Positions 26,790-39,431 of a stretch of DNA of 64,000 nucleotides are shown here, one piece after another. Origin of the DNA: Haliotis rufescens (taxonomy: Eukaryota); the NCBI RefSeq assembly GCF_023055435.1, contig NW_025964223.1, positions 49,042,001 to 49,106,000 of the forward strand, written 5' to 3'. The translations under genes and the position numbers were made by a program. The notes beneath the pieces were generated by a model that was not told where the DNA came from, did not search any database, and saw only the letters and a list, made by a program, of their open reading frames with translations. Position 1 is the first letter of the stretch. Every line of letters begins with the position of its first letter.

Positions 26790-27650
26790 AGCGTTCAGGT
26801 TTCCCTGCATATTCACCAAATCAGTCTTCTGATCTCCACAAATACCGCCCCACACCATGACACATCCCCGCCAAATGGATGGACCTCTCGAATACACGCC
26901 GGAGCCAAACGTTCCCCTCTGCGTCGATAAACTCGTTCTCTGCCGTCATTTCGAAACAAGTTAAACCGACTTTCATCAGTAAGCAGCACTCGACGCCAAT
27001 TTCTCACTTGCCAGCGTCGAACCTGCCTCGCCCATCGCAGTCTCAGGCGTCGATGTTGAGCAGTCACTACCATACCTCGGAAAGGACGATACGCTCGGAT
27101 TCCAGCAGCACGAAGTCGTCGTAGTACTGTACGTTGGCTAATGGGATGTCCCAACGCTGTTGCTGCCGTCGCCGTCGCCGTCGCCGTTACGAATCTGTTT
27201 CGCAGGTGAATGAGCCGTATCTGACCCTCTTCCAGTGGTGTTGTCACTCGGGGTCGTCCGGTTCTAGGCCTGTCCAGTGTCCAACCTCTCTGCCTGTTCC
27301 GTTGAATCAGCTACTGTCAATGGTGTACAACCAAACCTTCTGGCAATTTGGACCTGTGTTGCCCCCATTTCGGCCATACCGATGGCTCCCTCTCTCTCTG
27401 CTCCTGTGACAGTCGTGGCATTTCTTTTGTGTGCTTTCATCACTTGTGGTTATACCCTGCAGACGAAACCTGTTTCATCATTTTTTTGTCACCGCACGAG
27501 CGCCGTCAAAGGGGGCGCGTTCGGGTGAGTTGTTTTTTGGTACCTGTTCCTGGGCAGTCATATTCCCAGTACCCACTTTCCACTAGTTATCGCTGTTTTT
27601 AGGGAAATTACAAATTGTCAAACTATCCTTTCTTTTGCCGCTTTGTTTAG
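26790..27650 (-). mobile_element. Tc1/mariner remnant in an intron of copy A
   Basis: ISQRTVLRRLRAAGIRAYRP...WRRVLLTDESRFNLFRNDGRERVYRRRGER covers the HTH region and the first catalytic Asp. Confidence 0.9.
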
Positions 27651-27968
27651 TAAGTGTAATTTAATCGATGTCTCATACATGTGACAAGTGTAACCTCACT
27701 TGCTGAACTAATTTGCAACAATATATGATTTATTGAGAGCATTCTTCCAACTTTCAATATTACCGTCCGGTTGCTAGTAATTGTTTAGTTGTCAAGTATT
27801 ACTGCTTCATAATATTTACAGTTATTTACGTATGTTTTTATTTCGCTATATTGATAGATAGGAATAACAAAATTACTTTAAATACAAAATTGTTTGAGGA
27901 CTGGACAATAGGATTCCTCAATTATATTTCTAAATCACATAAATATCAGAATCAATTGTGGTAAATAC

Positions 27969-28055
27969 CTGGAATCCCGAATTTTCTTTTGGCAGCTGGC
28001 ATTTGAAGAACATTAGATACCTGCATTTCCTTGACAAGAGTAATCGATCTCGGGG
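27969..28055 (-). CDS. Copy A coding exon 3 (87 nt)
   Basis: ttttgcag| ... ccag|gtattt, phase 1-1. Encodes PRSITLVKEMQVSNVLQMPAAKRKFGIP and ends like the matching exons of B (LP) and C (IP). Confidence 0.65.
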
Positions 28056-29180
28056 CTGCAAAAATGTACAAAGTGAAAACATTATGAATGTTTGCTTGTA
28101 AATTAGTATAATAGCTATTATATCAGATCAGATGGAAGTGGGATCAAAAGGACTCAAAATCACAAACGCTGCCTCCTTTTCTGACATTATTTAACAATTT
28201 GAGATGGCACAAATAATCATTTCGAGCTGCAAAATAACTTTCATTTGGAAAACAATAATTCCGTAAAGGTTTCAAAACAAGCATAACTTTTCTCATCAAA
28301 CCCTTAACATATGTTCATTGCCAATGTATTAATGAATGTATTCTGAGACAAAAAGTATCAATAGGTTACTTTTGACCAAATAGAGCCGAGAAATCATTTG
28401 TTGTGGTCACGAAAAAAATAATGAATTGCAGTAAACAGAAAATGAATGGACCATCGTTGTATCTATAATTGGTGGAAGGATTGATACTTCAAGACTGATA
28501 TTATATCGTTGTGATGGCAACATAAATCTAACAAATATGTTAATAGTTTCCACAGTTGGCGGTAAGGTGGATATAGAATCTAACAGATGGTGAAGGAACA
28601 TCTGTTTGTACAACAAAACATATCAATTTACTTAATATACCCATTCACTTTGTGTTAGGTTGCTCTTTTCTGATATATGACACTTTGTTTAAATGTATAT
28701 TGATCTTTTTTCACGGCAGACATGTATCTTTCATGCAATATCATATTTCGGTTACAACCACAATCGTTTGATAATTATCTGTTATACTGCTATTTGATAG
28801 ATAGTGATCGTCATATAAATTAATTTTCAATGCTTTAGTGAGGACTGTTTTGATTGTATGCATCGTCTACTAGGGTATAAGAGAAAGCTAATATCTTGGA
28901 ACGTCTTAGAATTGCAGTGATGTTGTGTATCAGGTAAACGCGTGTCATTTTTGGTATACAAATTCGTTTCCTCAGACATCAGGTACTCATATGCAATGGT
29001 GTAAATGGTTTGTATGAACTGGAAGAAAACAAACACTGCTAACTAGTAATAAAGCCTTACTGTTAGCACATCTAAATATGTGAGGAGTGACTCTATATAA
29101 TACTAAGCCTGCCAGTTTGTTATAGTTACCATCTACTGATTCATCAATTGTTAATAACAGCATCTAAGTAGCAGACTTAC

Positions 29181-29226
29181 GCCTCCGAAAGATATCCATA
29201 TCTGCGCCAGTATGCAAAACGTCTTC
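29181..29226 (-). CDS. Copy A coding exon 2 (46 nt)
   Basis: ttgttacag| ... |gtaagt, phase 0-1, bridging exons 1 and 3 in frame. Encodes EDVLHTGADMDIFRR. Confidence 0.55.
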
Positions 29227-29559
29227 CTGTAACAACAAATATAGACAAACTGATATGCATTTGTCTATGCCCTCGGCTGAGAAAATAAAAACACACACTG
29301 ACAAAAAAAATTATAATTTCCTTAAGACAACTTTTCTTAGTATGCTTACTTTTTGACACACAATTTCGCAATTAGGTTAGTCTGTATAAACCATGGTGTC
29401 ATTATTTAGTCTCAGTGCAGATATATTAATGATGGACTCAATATTTTAGTTAATTTAAACAGCTGACAATGAAGACAGTACATAGATGTATTCAATTAAA
29501 GCACCGACATTTGAAAAAAAAGCAAGCGGGGTTGTAATGACACAATGTGGAGTTATCTA

Positions 29560-30590
29560 ATGATAAACGCCATTGCCATGACACGATGTGGCGTTTTCTG
29601 TGAGGAAGCAGTTATTGTAATGGACATGATATGACGTTTTCTATGAGGAAGCAGTTATTGTAATGGGCATGATATGACGATTTCTGTGGGAAAGCAGTTA
29701 TTGTGATGAACATGATATGACTTTTTCTGTGGGAAAGCAGTTATTGTAATGGGCATGATATGACTTTTTCTGTGGGAAAGCAGTTATTGTAATTAACATG
29801 ATATGACTTTTTCTATGAGGAAGCAGTTATTGTGATGAACATGATATGACTTTTTCTGTGGGAAAGCAGTTATTGTGATGAACATGATATGACTTTTTCT
29901 GTGGGAAAGCAGTTATTGTAATGGGCATGATATGACGATTTCTGTGGGAAAGCAGTTATTGTAATTAACATGATATGACTTTTTCTGTGGGAAAGCAGTT
30001 ATTGTGATGAACATGATATGACGTTTTCTGTGGGAAAGCAGTTATTGTGATTAACATGATATGAATTTTTCTGTGGGAAAGCAGTTATTGTGATGAACCT
30101 GATATGACCTTTTCTGTGAGGAAGCAGTTATTGTAATGGACATGATATGACTTTTTCTGTGGGAAAGCAGTTATTCTGATGAACATGATATGACTTTTCT
30201 ATGAGGAAGCAGTTATTGTGATGAACATGATATGACTTTTTCTGTGGGAAAGCAGTTATTGTGATGAACATGATATGACTTTTTCTGTGGGAAAGCAGTT
30301 ATTGTGATGAACATGATATGACGTTTTCTGTGGGAAAGCAGTTATTGTGATTAACATGATATGAATTTTTTTGTGGGAAAGCAGTTATTGTGATGAACCT
30401 GATATGACCTTTTCTGTGAGGAAGCAGTTATTGTAATGGACATGATATGACTTTTTCTGTGGGAAAGCAGTTATTGTGATGAACATGATATGACTTTTCT
30501 GTGGGAAAGCAGTTATTGTAATGAATATGATATGACTTTTTCTATGAGGAAGCAGTTGTAATGAGCATGATATGTCGTTTTCTGTGGGTG
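29560..30590. repeat. ~40-bp minisatellite, ~25 copies, intronic
   Basis: Unit is approximately gaaagcagttattgtgatgaacatgatatgacttttttctgtgg. Confidence 0.95.
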
Positions 30591-30777
30591 ATAATATGCG
30601 GTTATATGTAAAGTAGTTATAATAAGTATATACTAATAATTGTATGGCGTTATCAATGGGGAAGAAGTTATTATGCCACAAACAGCAATTTGATCTTTAA
30701 TGTTTTTAGACTGTTTCTGGACTACTTTAAACAGTTATCATGGTTTCAAATATAGACAGTGTATTTATAGTACTTAC

Positions 30778-31230
30778 ACGTGGAGAGACTGCCATGTTGC
30801 CAGCAGTGTGAGGAACCAAACTGGTGGCGGTGCTGTCATCATCTACAAAACGCGCATGAAACTGCGTGTCTGCGTCTACATATGCACCAGCTGCTCGTAT
30901 TAAGGGAGTGTCTACGGTTGTATATGGCTGTCTATTTCTGGGGCTGTTCATATCTTTGTTTTCTAGTCTGCTTCGCCCCATGCCTACTCCGGGGCTGTCC
31001 ACTTGCGTGTTTTCTTGATCGCTTGTCCAAGTGCCTACTCTGGGGTTGACTTTTGCTCGCCCCCTACCAAAGCGTCTCCATCCTTCTCTCTCTCCTTTGT
31101 TAGATTCGTCGTTTGTGTCGCGTCTCCCTCTACCCCTTCCTCTACCTCTACCTCTCCCAGTGCTGTCACCCACACTACCATCATCAGCAACTGCTGCAGT
31201 TCCGTCATTGTCTGTGACTCTGTGATCCAT
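30778..31230 (-). CDS. Copy A coding exon 1: disordered, RG-repeat N-terminus
   Basis: tttcag|acctcttcattaacATG resembles copy B's aacag|accaacaATG. 151 codons, MDHRVTDNDG...GRGRGRGRGRGRR...VSPR, then |gtaagt. Confidence 0.7.
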
Positions 31231-31519
31231 GTTAATGAAGAGGTCTGAAACATGCAAACATTCCATCAACTGAAAATGAAAGCAAAATTCAGTTTATCCT
31301 TGTATGCACGTCAATGTGAGCTTCTTTGATATTTTTTTTTTACCTTTTTATAGAATACATAACTATGATCCTCGTTCAGCATACTTGTGTTGGTAAGATT
31401 CACCAAAGTCGAAATGACTTGCGCTCACTTTGTTTTCAAAACGAAACTGACACGTCGCTTTATGACTGAAAAACTATTCTTTGCAATATTCTTACAGTTT
31501 TTACAACGTTATCTTAATA

Positions 31520-34042
31520 ATTAACTCAATCTCAATAAAATTAGATCTAAGTTCTCGCTACCGCTAAACAAAGATCTGAGGACATCCCATTACGGGTCAC
31601 GTCAGAACGCCCTTTCGCGAACTTTGACCGACCACTGAAATGAGGAGTTGATTTCTCAAGCTTGGTACCTCTCTCACAATTAGGCAAATGAAGCTCCGTA
31701 AAACAGGGGCAGTAACTCTGTCAAAATTAGTCGAAATGAAACGGGACTGCGATATGCGTATCATCAACATGCCGACATCTTGTGTGTAGAGTGTCAGGGA
31801 TATTCTCTAAAAGCTGGAGGAGGAGTTGATTTCACAAGCTTAGTACCTCTCTCACAATTAGGCAAATGAAGCTCCGTAAAACAGGGGCAGTAACTCTGTC
31901 AAAATTAGTCGAAATGAAACGGGACTGCGATATGCGTATCATCAACATGCCGACATCTTGTGTGTAGAGTATCAGGGATATTCTCTGGAAACTGTAGGAG
32001 AAGTTGATTTCTCAAGCTTAGTACCTCTCTCACAATTAGGCAAATGAAGCTCCGTAAAACAGGGGCAGTAACTCTGTCAAAATTAGTCGAAATGAAACGG
32101 GACTGCGATATGCGTATCATCAACATGCCGACATCTTGTGTGTAGAGTATCAGGAATATTCTCTGGAAACTGTAGGAGAAGTTGATTTCACAAGCTTAGT
32201 ACCTCTCTCACAATTAGGCAAATGAAGCTCCGTAAAACAGGGGCAGTAACTCTGTCAAAATTAGTCGAAATGAAACTGGACTGCGATATGCGTATCATCA
32301 ACATGTCGACATCTTGTGCGTAGAGTGTCAGGGATATTCTCTAAAAGCTGGATGAGGAGTTGATTTCACAAGCTTAGTACCTCTCTCACAATTAGGCAAA
32401 TGAAGCTCCGTAAAACAGGGGCAGTAACTCTGTCAAAATTAGTCGAAATGAAACGGGACTGCGATATGCGTATCATCAACATGCCGACATCTTGTGTGTA
32501 GAGTATCAGGGATATTCCCTGGAAACTGTAGGAGAAGTTGATTTCACAAGCTTAGTACCTCTCTCACAATTAGGCAAATGAAGCTCCGTAAAACAGGGGC
32601 AGTAACTCTGTCAAAATTAGTCGAAATGAAACGGGACTGCGATATGCGTATCATCAACATGCCGACATCTTGTGTGTAGAGTGTCAGGGATATTCTCTAA
32701 AAGCTGGAGGAGGAGTTGATTTCACAAGCTTAGTACCTCTCTCATAATTAGGCAAATGAAGCTCCGTAAAGCAGGGGCAGTAACTCTGTCAAAATTAGTC
32801 GAAATGAAACTGGACTGCGATATGCGTATCATCAACATGCCGACATCTTGTGTGTAGAGTGTCAGGGATATTCTCTAAAAGCTGGATGAGGAGTTGATTT
32901 CACAAGCTTAGTACCTCTCTCACAATTAGGCAAATGAAGCTCCGTAAAACAGGGGCAGTAACTCTGTCAAAATTAGTCGAAATGAAACTTGACTGCGATA
33001 TGCGTATCATCAACATGTCGACATCTTGTGTGTAGAGTGTCAGGGATATTCTCTAAAAGCTGGATGAGGAGTTGATTTCTCAAGCTTAGTACCTCTCTCA
33101 CAATTAGGCAAATGAAGCTCCGTAAAACAGGGGCAGTAACTCTGTCAAAATTAGTCGAAATGAAACGGGACTGCGATATGCGTATCATCAACATGCCGAC
33201 ATCTTGTGTGTAGAGTGTCAGGAATATTCTCTAAAAGCTTGAGGAGGAGTTGATTTCACAAGCTTAGTACCTCTCTCATAATTAGGCAAATGAAGCTCCG
33301 TAAAACAGGGACAGTAACTCTGTCAAAATTAGTCGAAATGAAACGGGACTGCGATATGCGTATCATCAACATGTCGACATCTTGTGTATAGAGTGTCAGG
33401 GATATTCTCTAAAAGCTGGATGAGGAGTTGATTTCTCAAGCTTAGTACCTCTCTCACAATTAGGCATATGAAGCTCCGTAAAACAGGGGCAGTAACTCTG
33501 TCAAAATTAGTCGAAATGAAACGGGACTGCGATATGCGTATCATCAACATGTCGACATCTTGTGTGTAGAGTGTCAGGGATATTCTCCGGAAACTGTAGG
33601 AGGAGTTGATTTCACAAGCTTAGTACCTCTCTCACAATTAGGCAAATGAAGCTCCGTAAAACAGGGGCAGTAACTCTGTCAAAATTAGTCGAAATGAAAC
33701 GGGACTGCGATATGCGTATCATCAACATGAGGGATATTCTCTGGGAACTGTAGGAGGGGTTGATTTCACGTGCTTAGTGCCCTCTGTGGGACGGACAGAC
33801 AGACGGACGGACAGACAGACAGACAGACGGACGGACTGCGCCACGACATAATCCCCCTTCGGCCATTCTGGCCCGGCGGGGGATAAAAACGCATTCCGAC
33901 TGTCACTTTCATGATCTGGTTAGCGACGCTTTGATTAGTCGGATACAAGGTCGTTCTGACGTGACACGTAATGGGATGTCATCAGATCTTTGTTTAGCGA
34001 AAGCGAGAACTTACATCTGATTTTCATGAGATTGTAATTAAC
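31520..34042. mobile_element. MITE-like element with ~90-bp inverted termini enclosing the 178-bp satellite
   Basis: 31520-31610 (gttctcgct..cgctaaacaaagatctga..gacatcccattacg..tcacgtcagaacg) is the reverse complement of about 33952-34042. Confidence 0.75.
31640..33890 (+). repeat. 178-bp tandem array (~12 copies) + (GGAC/AGAC)n + GC hairpin; HINE/Helentron-like non-autonomous element
   Basis: Period 178 (aggagttgattt at 31643, 31821, ...). Microsatellite at ~33788-33836 and an imperfect palindrome atcccc..cggcc..ggcc..ggggat at 33851-33884. Confidence 0.85.
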
Positions 34043-34724
34043 CTGGTCACAGTGCCACCTAGACGACACACAAATTAAGGGAAATATGAATATAACAGTG
34101 ATTTGAGCCTTACCTTTATGAAATGTGTCGCTATCTCTATATCAATAATGCACCTATGTTCATGTTCAGGGTCCGAGCGTATTCAGTCGTAGAAATCTAT
34201 TGTACACCTGAATAATGCATCGTGCCAACCGTCGGTTGTAGCAGCCACGTCTACACAACACTTGCGAAACGAATCAATAATAGTATCATCACAAGTAGTC
34301 GAATGCTAGTTACATTTGAAAGGGTATCACATATGAGCCCGGCGCAGCAGATAACAACAGGGTTGGCGCTTGTGCTTGTTTAAGAGATACAAAATACAAA
34401 GTACACTCACCAGATCGGTAGTATTCTTACTGCATGGGAGTCAGACGTCAGGAGCTGTCTGTTCACTCTGTCTACAGCCTCTCCATACTGTGTAATACCA
34501 TGACGTCACCTGCCCCTTTATGTAATCGATACAAGAATAGCGAACGATTGAAATTATTCACTGTCAGCAATTCTCATTTCAGTTAGCCGTTCAAGGATAT
34601 CGATAATCTCTGACCTACATTTAGATACGCATATCATACATGATCCGTGTGAATATAAAATAGTATGATAGTGTCGTTTCTCTCTTTGTGAAAGTTAAAG
34701 TGTACTCATACCTGTCAGTTGATT

Positions 34725-34965
34725 GTTTGTTTGTTTGTTTGTTTGCAGTTTAACGTCGCGCTCAGCAATATTTCAGATATATGACGACTGTGTGCAAATA
34801 ATCAAGTCTGGACCAGACAATCCAGTGATTGATATCATGAGCATCGATCTACGTTATAGGGATACGATGGCATGCATCAAGGAAATCGGCGAACCTGACC
34901 ACCGGATCCCGTTAGTCGCCTCTGACGGCAAGCATGGGTTGCTGAAGACCTATTCTCGGATCCTC
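34725..34965 (-). mobile_element. SINE family B copy
   Basis: Homology to 44515-44790. Confidence 0.8.
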
Positions 34966-35689
34966 ATGGGTAAACTGTCATTTGAATCACAGTATTAAGA
35001 GCGATGGCATCAGTACTATGCCTATGGCCTATCATTACGATTAGATTCATAATGTGTCGGGGAATGCCAATTTTCATTTCAAAACAACCACAATATATTC
35101 TACGCCCTCCATGGACATGATGCCGCTGCGGTATTTCGTTTCTATCACGAGTATCATGGTATACTGGTGAATGATAGCCCAAAATGATGCAGGTCGTTGA
35201 TGTTTACCCCTTTAATTTGTTGTAACCGACGAGTGGATGTATAGTGGTGATAAACCAAGAATCGGTGGTATGGAGGTACGGCACGAGTGGTCCAGTCGTA
35301 AAAAGATGCCGCAATTCGCTGAGTCCCATGGGCACGTCAGAAACCTGTGATCGTGGATGTGTATGTTTCTATGTTTGTCAGTACGATGCATTCCCGTGCT
35401 CGTGGGTTTCACCAAAGTGACAAACTTCTGGGACTTGCATAATTTCGGGCTTTCATCCCACATTAAGCTGCTGGTCGTGAAATAACCTGAATAGTTTTGA
35501 AAACGGCCTTAAACGTACTCACACACTCGAACCCATGGATTCTGGCACGATGAAGGGATGCAACACTTGCAACACTGCATGCATGAGAACTGTTATGTAT
35601 AGTTCTGGTTGCAGAGGAGATTTTATTTTAGCACAATGGACTAAAAAAGAAGACGACTCTGGTACCATGATTGGAAATATATATCTTTT

Positions 35690-35875
35690 AAGCGTCTTCT
35701 AATGCAGATAAAAACATGTTCTTATCACCAGCATCTTGGAATAACCACACATACGCAAAACCGCTATTAAATAACATTTGCCTCACATACGATGCCCAAC
35801 TGACTTTTCCATTCTCTTCTAATACTTTAAACATAACATAACTTTGGAAGGGGTAACAGACTGTTTGTATAAACA
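35690..35875 (-). mobile_element. CR1/L2-like LINE ORF2 C-terminal fragment
   Basis: SWASYVRQMLFNSGFAYVWLFQ resembles the post-RT region of these LINEs. Confidence 0.6.
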
Positions 35876-36321
35876 AATTCCTCTCTCGACTCTCTTAGCT
35901 GACTACCGTGTTTGGATTTCACTTTCAGGAACGTCTGTGTCCTTTCACATGTAATGCATTCTGTCTTGAGTTTGTTTCACACACCTGATATGAATCTTGT
36001 AAAATGTTCTGTCAAACATAGTTATTGATTAGTTACTAGACATTGGCTCATCTAAGAAATAGAGTCGATCATATTATCCTCGTTTGTCTGTGACTATACT
36101 GAATCAGCTATCATACATTTATAAATATGAATTACAGAGAAGATGATTAGTTAGGAACGTTAAATAGTGACTTGTCACGAATGGTCATAAATTGGAAAGG
36201 AAGGGAGATAACAATCTTTTGAATGAGAACTATGTACATATTCCTATATTCGTATTATATTAGTATTTGGATATGGAATCAGGTATAATCTTTGGTGCGT
36301 TTGTCAGAGTGATTCAGTATT

Positions 36322-36464
36322 GTTTTACGCCGCTTTTAGCAATATTCCAGCAATATCACGGAAATCAGAAATGGGCTTCACACATTGTACCCATGTCGGG
36401 AATCAAACCCGGGTCTCCGGCGTGACGAGCGAATGCTTTAACCACTAGGCTACCCGACCGCCCC
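36322..36464 (-). mobile_element. SINE family A copy
   Basis: Reverse complement of 13180-13330. Confidence 0.85.
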
Positions 36465-38007
36465 GGTGCGTTTGTAATTACGTTTTGATCCCGAATCATA
36501 TCATGTCATGTCATGTCCTATCGTATCTTATCCAACCTATCACGCCAGGCCAGGCCAGGCCATTCATCATGATGATTACATCCCACTTCTACCTAGTTGC
36601 CATTAATACAAGTGTCCTGTTTATTGGATATCAGGACACTTTTAAAAAAAAGGAACTTGATAACTGTCCTAAAACTGTTATCAGTACTTGTTTCGAATTC
36701 CTTCATGAAAATTGGAACAGTGATTAAATGTCTCCTTACGTCTTTTGTTTGTGGTTGGTCTGCCAAAATTAACTGCGTCATGACACTGATGCGAGCGTGT
36801 GTCACTCGCAGTTCTCGCAGTACTTTCCTGCTCGCAAAACTTTCCAGATTTACAGAGTTTAAACTGAAAACAATTTTTATGCCACATCAACAAGTTTTAG
36901 TCAGAAGAAAACGTTAACACAAAAGATATGTTCATATGCAAACAATGACAGAGAGGTAAGTGTTCGTCCAAGTTCGGAGCACAAACCTTGAAACATACTT
37001 GGGGTGAACCGGGATTCCAACCAACAATCATAAGTTTCTGGCGTGCCAAAAGGACGCAAATCTGGCCAGCGAATTGCGGCGCCTCAGAATACTGCGCCAC
37101 CAGCGGCCCAGGTATTTATGATGTACTGTTTGTAGGCATGAAAGGTTATACCCATCGCCAATTTCTCAACAAAATTAACATTCAGCACATGTGGTATTTT
37201 CCTGTATTGTGTTCCCATGGGTGTACGAATATTTAATCGTAAATATAATATATTAAAAACAAAAACGATAAATATATTAGTATTCATGTAAAGTATGAAT
37301 ATATTTTTAGTCCTAATAATTATAATTATATGTTTATCTTCATGTTAGGGTGGTCTTAGACATTGAGGCAGGTTCTAAGATATTACACCATGTTTAACAA
37401 TATTTCCCCAGTAAAACTAATCCAACGACCTGATATCTGAGTAAATATGTACAAGAGAGAGGATTGTTACAGTAAGTATGAGCTTATGAACGGTCAGCCC
37501 CTGGAAGCAACGCATCTGAAGCGTTTCCTTAAAAAACATAAGGCTGTGTGATGTTTGGTAAGAACCCTATCACAAACAAAAAAGAAAATTCTGATTTTTT
37601 ACTTGAATCGTATCTTCTCTTTTGGCAATCTCACACCAACTTTCAGTGAGGGCGCCGATAATAAATTATAACAAATACTTCTACAAGCAATTAGTACCAT
37701 TAAAACGGAAGATATTTCATGACATACACAAATATAATTCATGAAATTACATTTATTACATGATATTCATGAGATTTGAAGAAAACCTAATACTATATGA
37801 ATCCCACTGGGGCCCTGTACAGCTTATATATAACAATAGTCGACAGGCTCTATCAAGGCATCTATGCAACCCTAATACAAAACACTGAAACAATATAAAC
37901 AAAGAACATAACTTTATTCTGACACACTTACAAAATAACAATGATGGTACAAGTACATCAAGGGATAATTATTCCTTTTCGAACTTAACGACCCGTATTA
38001 AAACGAA

Positions 38008-38220
38008 CCGTGAAGATCCGGGGTAGGATAGATCTTCAGCAACTCATGCTTGCCGTAAAAGGCGACCGTGCTTGTTGTAAGAGGCGACTAACGGGATCGG
38101 GTGGTCAGGCTCGCTGACATGGTTGAAGCATGTCATCGATCCCAATTGCGTTGATCGATGCTCATGATATCAATCATTGGATTGTCTGGTCCAGACTCGA
38201 TAATTTACAGACCGCCGTCT
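38008..38220 (+). mobile_element. SINE family B copy
   Basis: ccgtgaagatccggggtagg...ggattgtctggtccagactcg. Confidence 0.85.
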
Positions 38221-39431
38221 GTTTCATAATTAGATCTACGCATAATATACACATATAAAATACATACACGTGAACATTGTTCAAAACATTTGGATAGCTT
38301 TGCTTTGTAAATAGTGAGTTCAGGCACCGCTAGACTACCAGAGCTCACAAAAAGATAACTTGAGATTTAAACAAGATTTAAAATCATGTCCAGATAAGCT
38401 TGAATTTTGACTGTATTCAGATACAAGTATGGTGGTGTTAAATCGTCTCTAACACCATCAGTAGCTATGAAAGCAGGTAGTTGTTTCTGTTTGAATTGAG
38501 TAAAGTGTAGTCCAGAGGAATAAAAACACCTAGCAGGTTTGCTCTGACAGATGGATACATGTACATTGAGTGATGCTTTTGATGCTAGTTTGCTTTTGTA
38601 TTGCACATACTGATATTGATTGTATTGATACCAAAACCGCTCAAAAGATATTGTGGAGATTAACTGTTTAGCCACGACATATTGGTTGAAAATACATACA
38701 TCATATTTTATATTTTGTGGGTGAAATTGAGATGAAGTAAGTAAAGAGGCTTGAGTCATAGATTTAAGTTTTTGTACATGAGATATAAATATAGTGAATC
38801 TCCAACTTCAATACGTCCATACCTTGTCTACAACAATGTCAAGTCATGTAACTAAAATCTGGTATTAAAAGTTAAAGCATTGTTATTTAGCTTAAACAGT
38901 AAACAGGTTTTGCATCTCCATTTGTTGTTCATCATCCTTCGGGATAGATGTAAAAGAGTCACGATCATGCAACAATGAAGCATTTTCCTAGCATTATTGC
39001 TATTCAAATTATTTTCTCCATTGCGCCTCTTTTAGCAGACTCAATATGGAGTAAGTCCATTTTCACCTCTTGTGTTGATATCAAAACCGGTGATTAAGTA
39101 GTTCATTTGAAATATGATGCATTGGTGTCTGACAAGTTTGCATATTACCATTCTAAACACAACATTAAACTTGAATGAATCCAGGACATGAAGCTGTGTT
39201 GATGTTTTCAAAGCGTATTTCAAGTATGGACCATGTCACAGGTGTTACAGCTATATGATGCATGTAGTATTTAAACAGTTTTTAACAGCAATGCAATGTA
39301 TCAAGGTTGCTCATCTAGTATTTACGCTGTCAACAATGATTCCTAGACTTAAGGAAATAACACGTGCCCTTTCATCACTGCAAGAGGTAAACCTTGTTTC
39401 ACCCTGGACTTTGGACATACACATACGTCAT

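Noticed and set aside
29560-33770. Tandem arrays as CRISPR or coding repeats (repeated 73-aa ORFs)
   Set aside because: No unique spacers and no cas genes in a eukaryotic context. The 178-bp and ~40-bp periods do not preserve frame.
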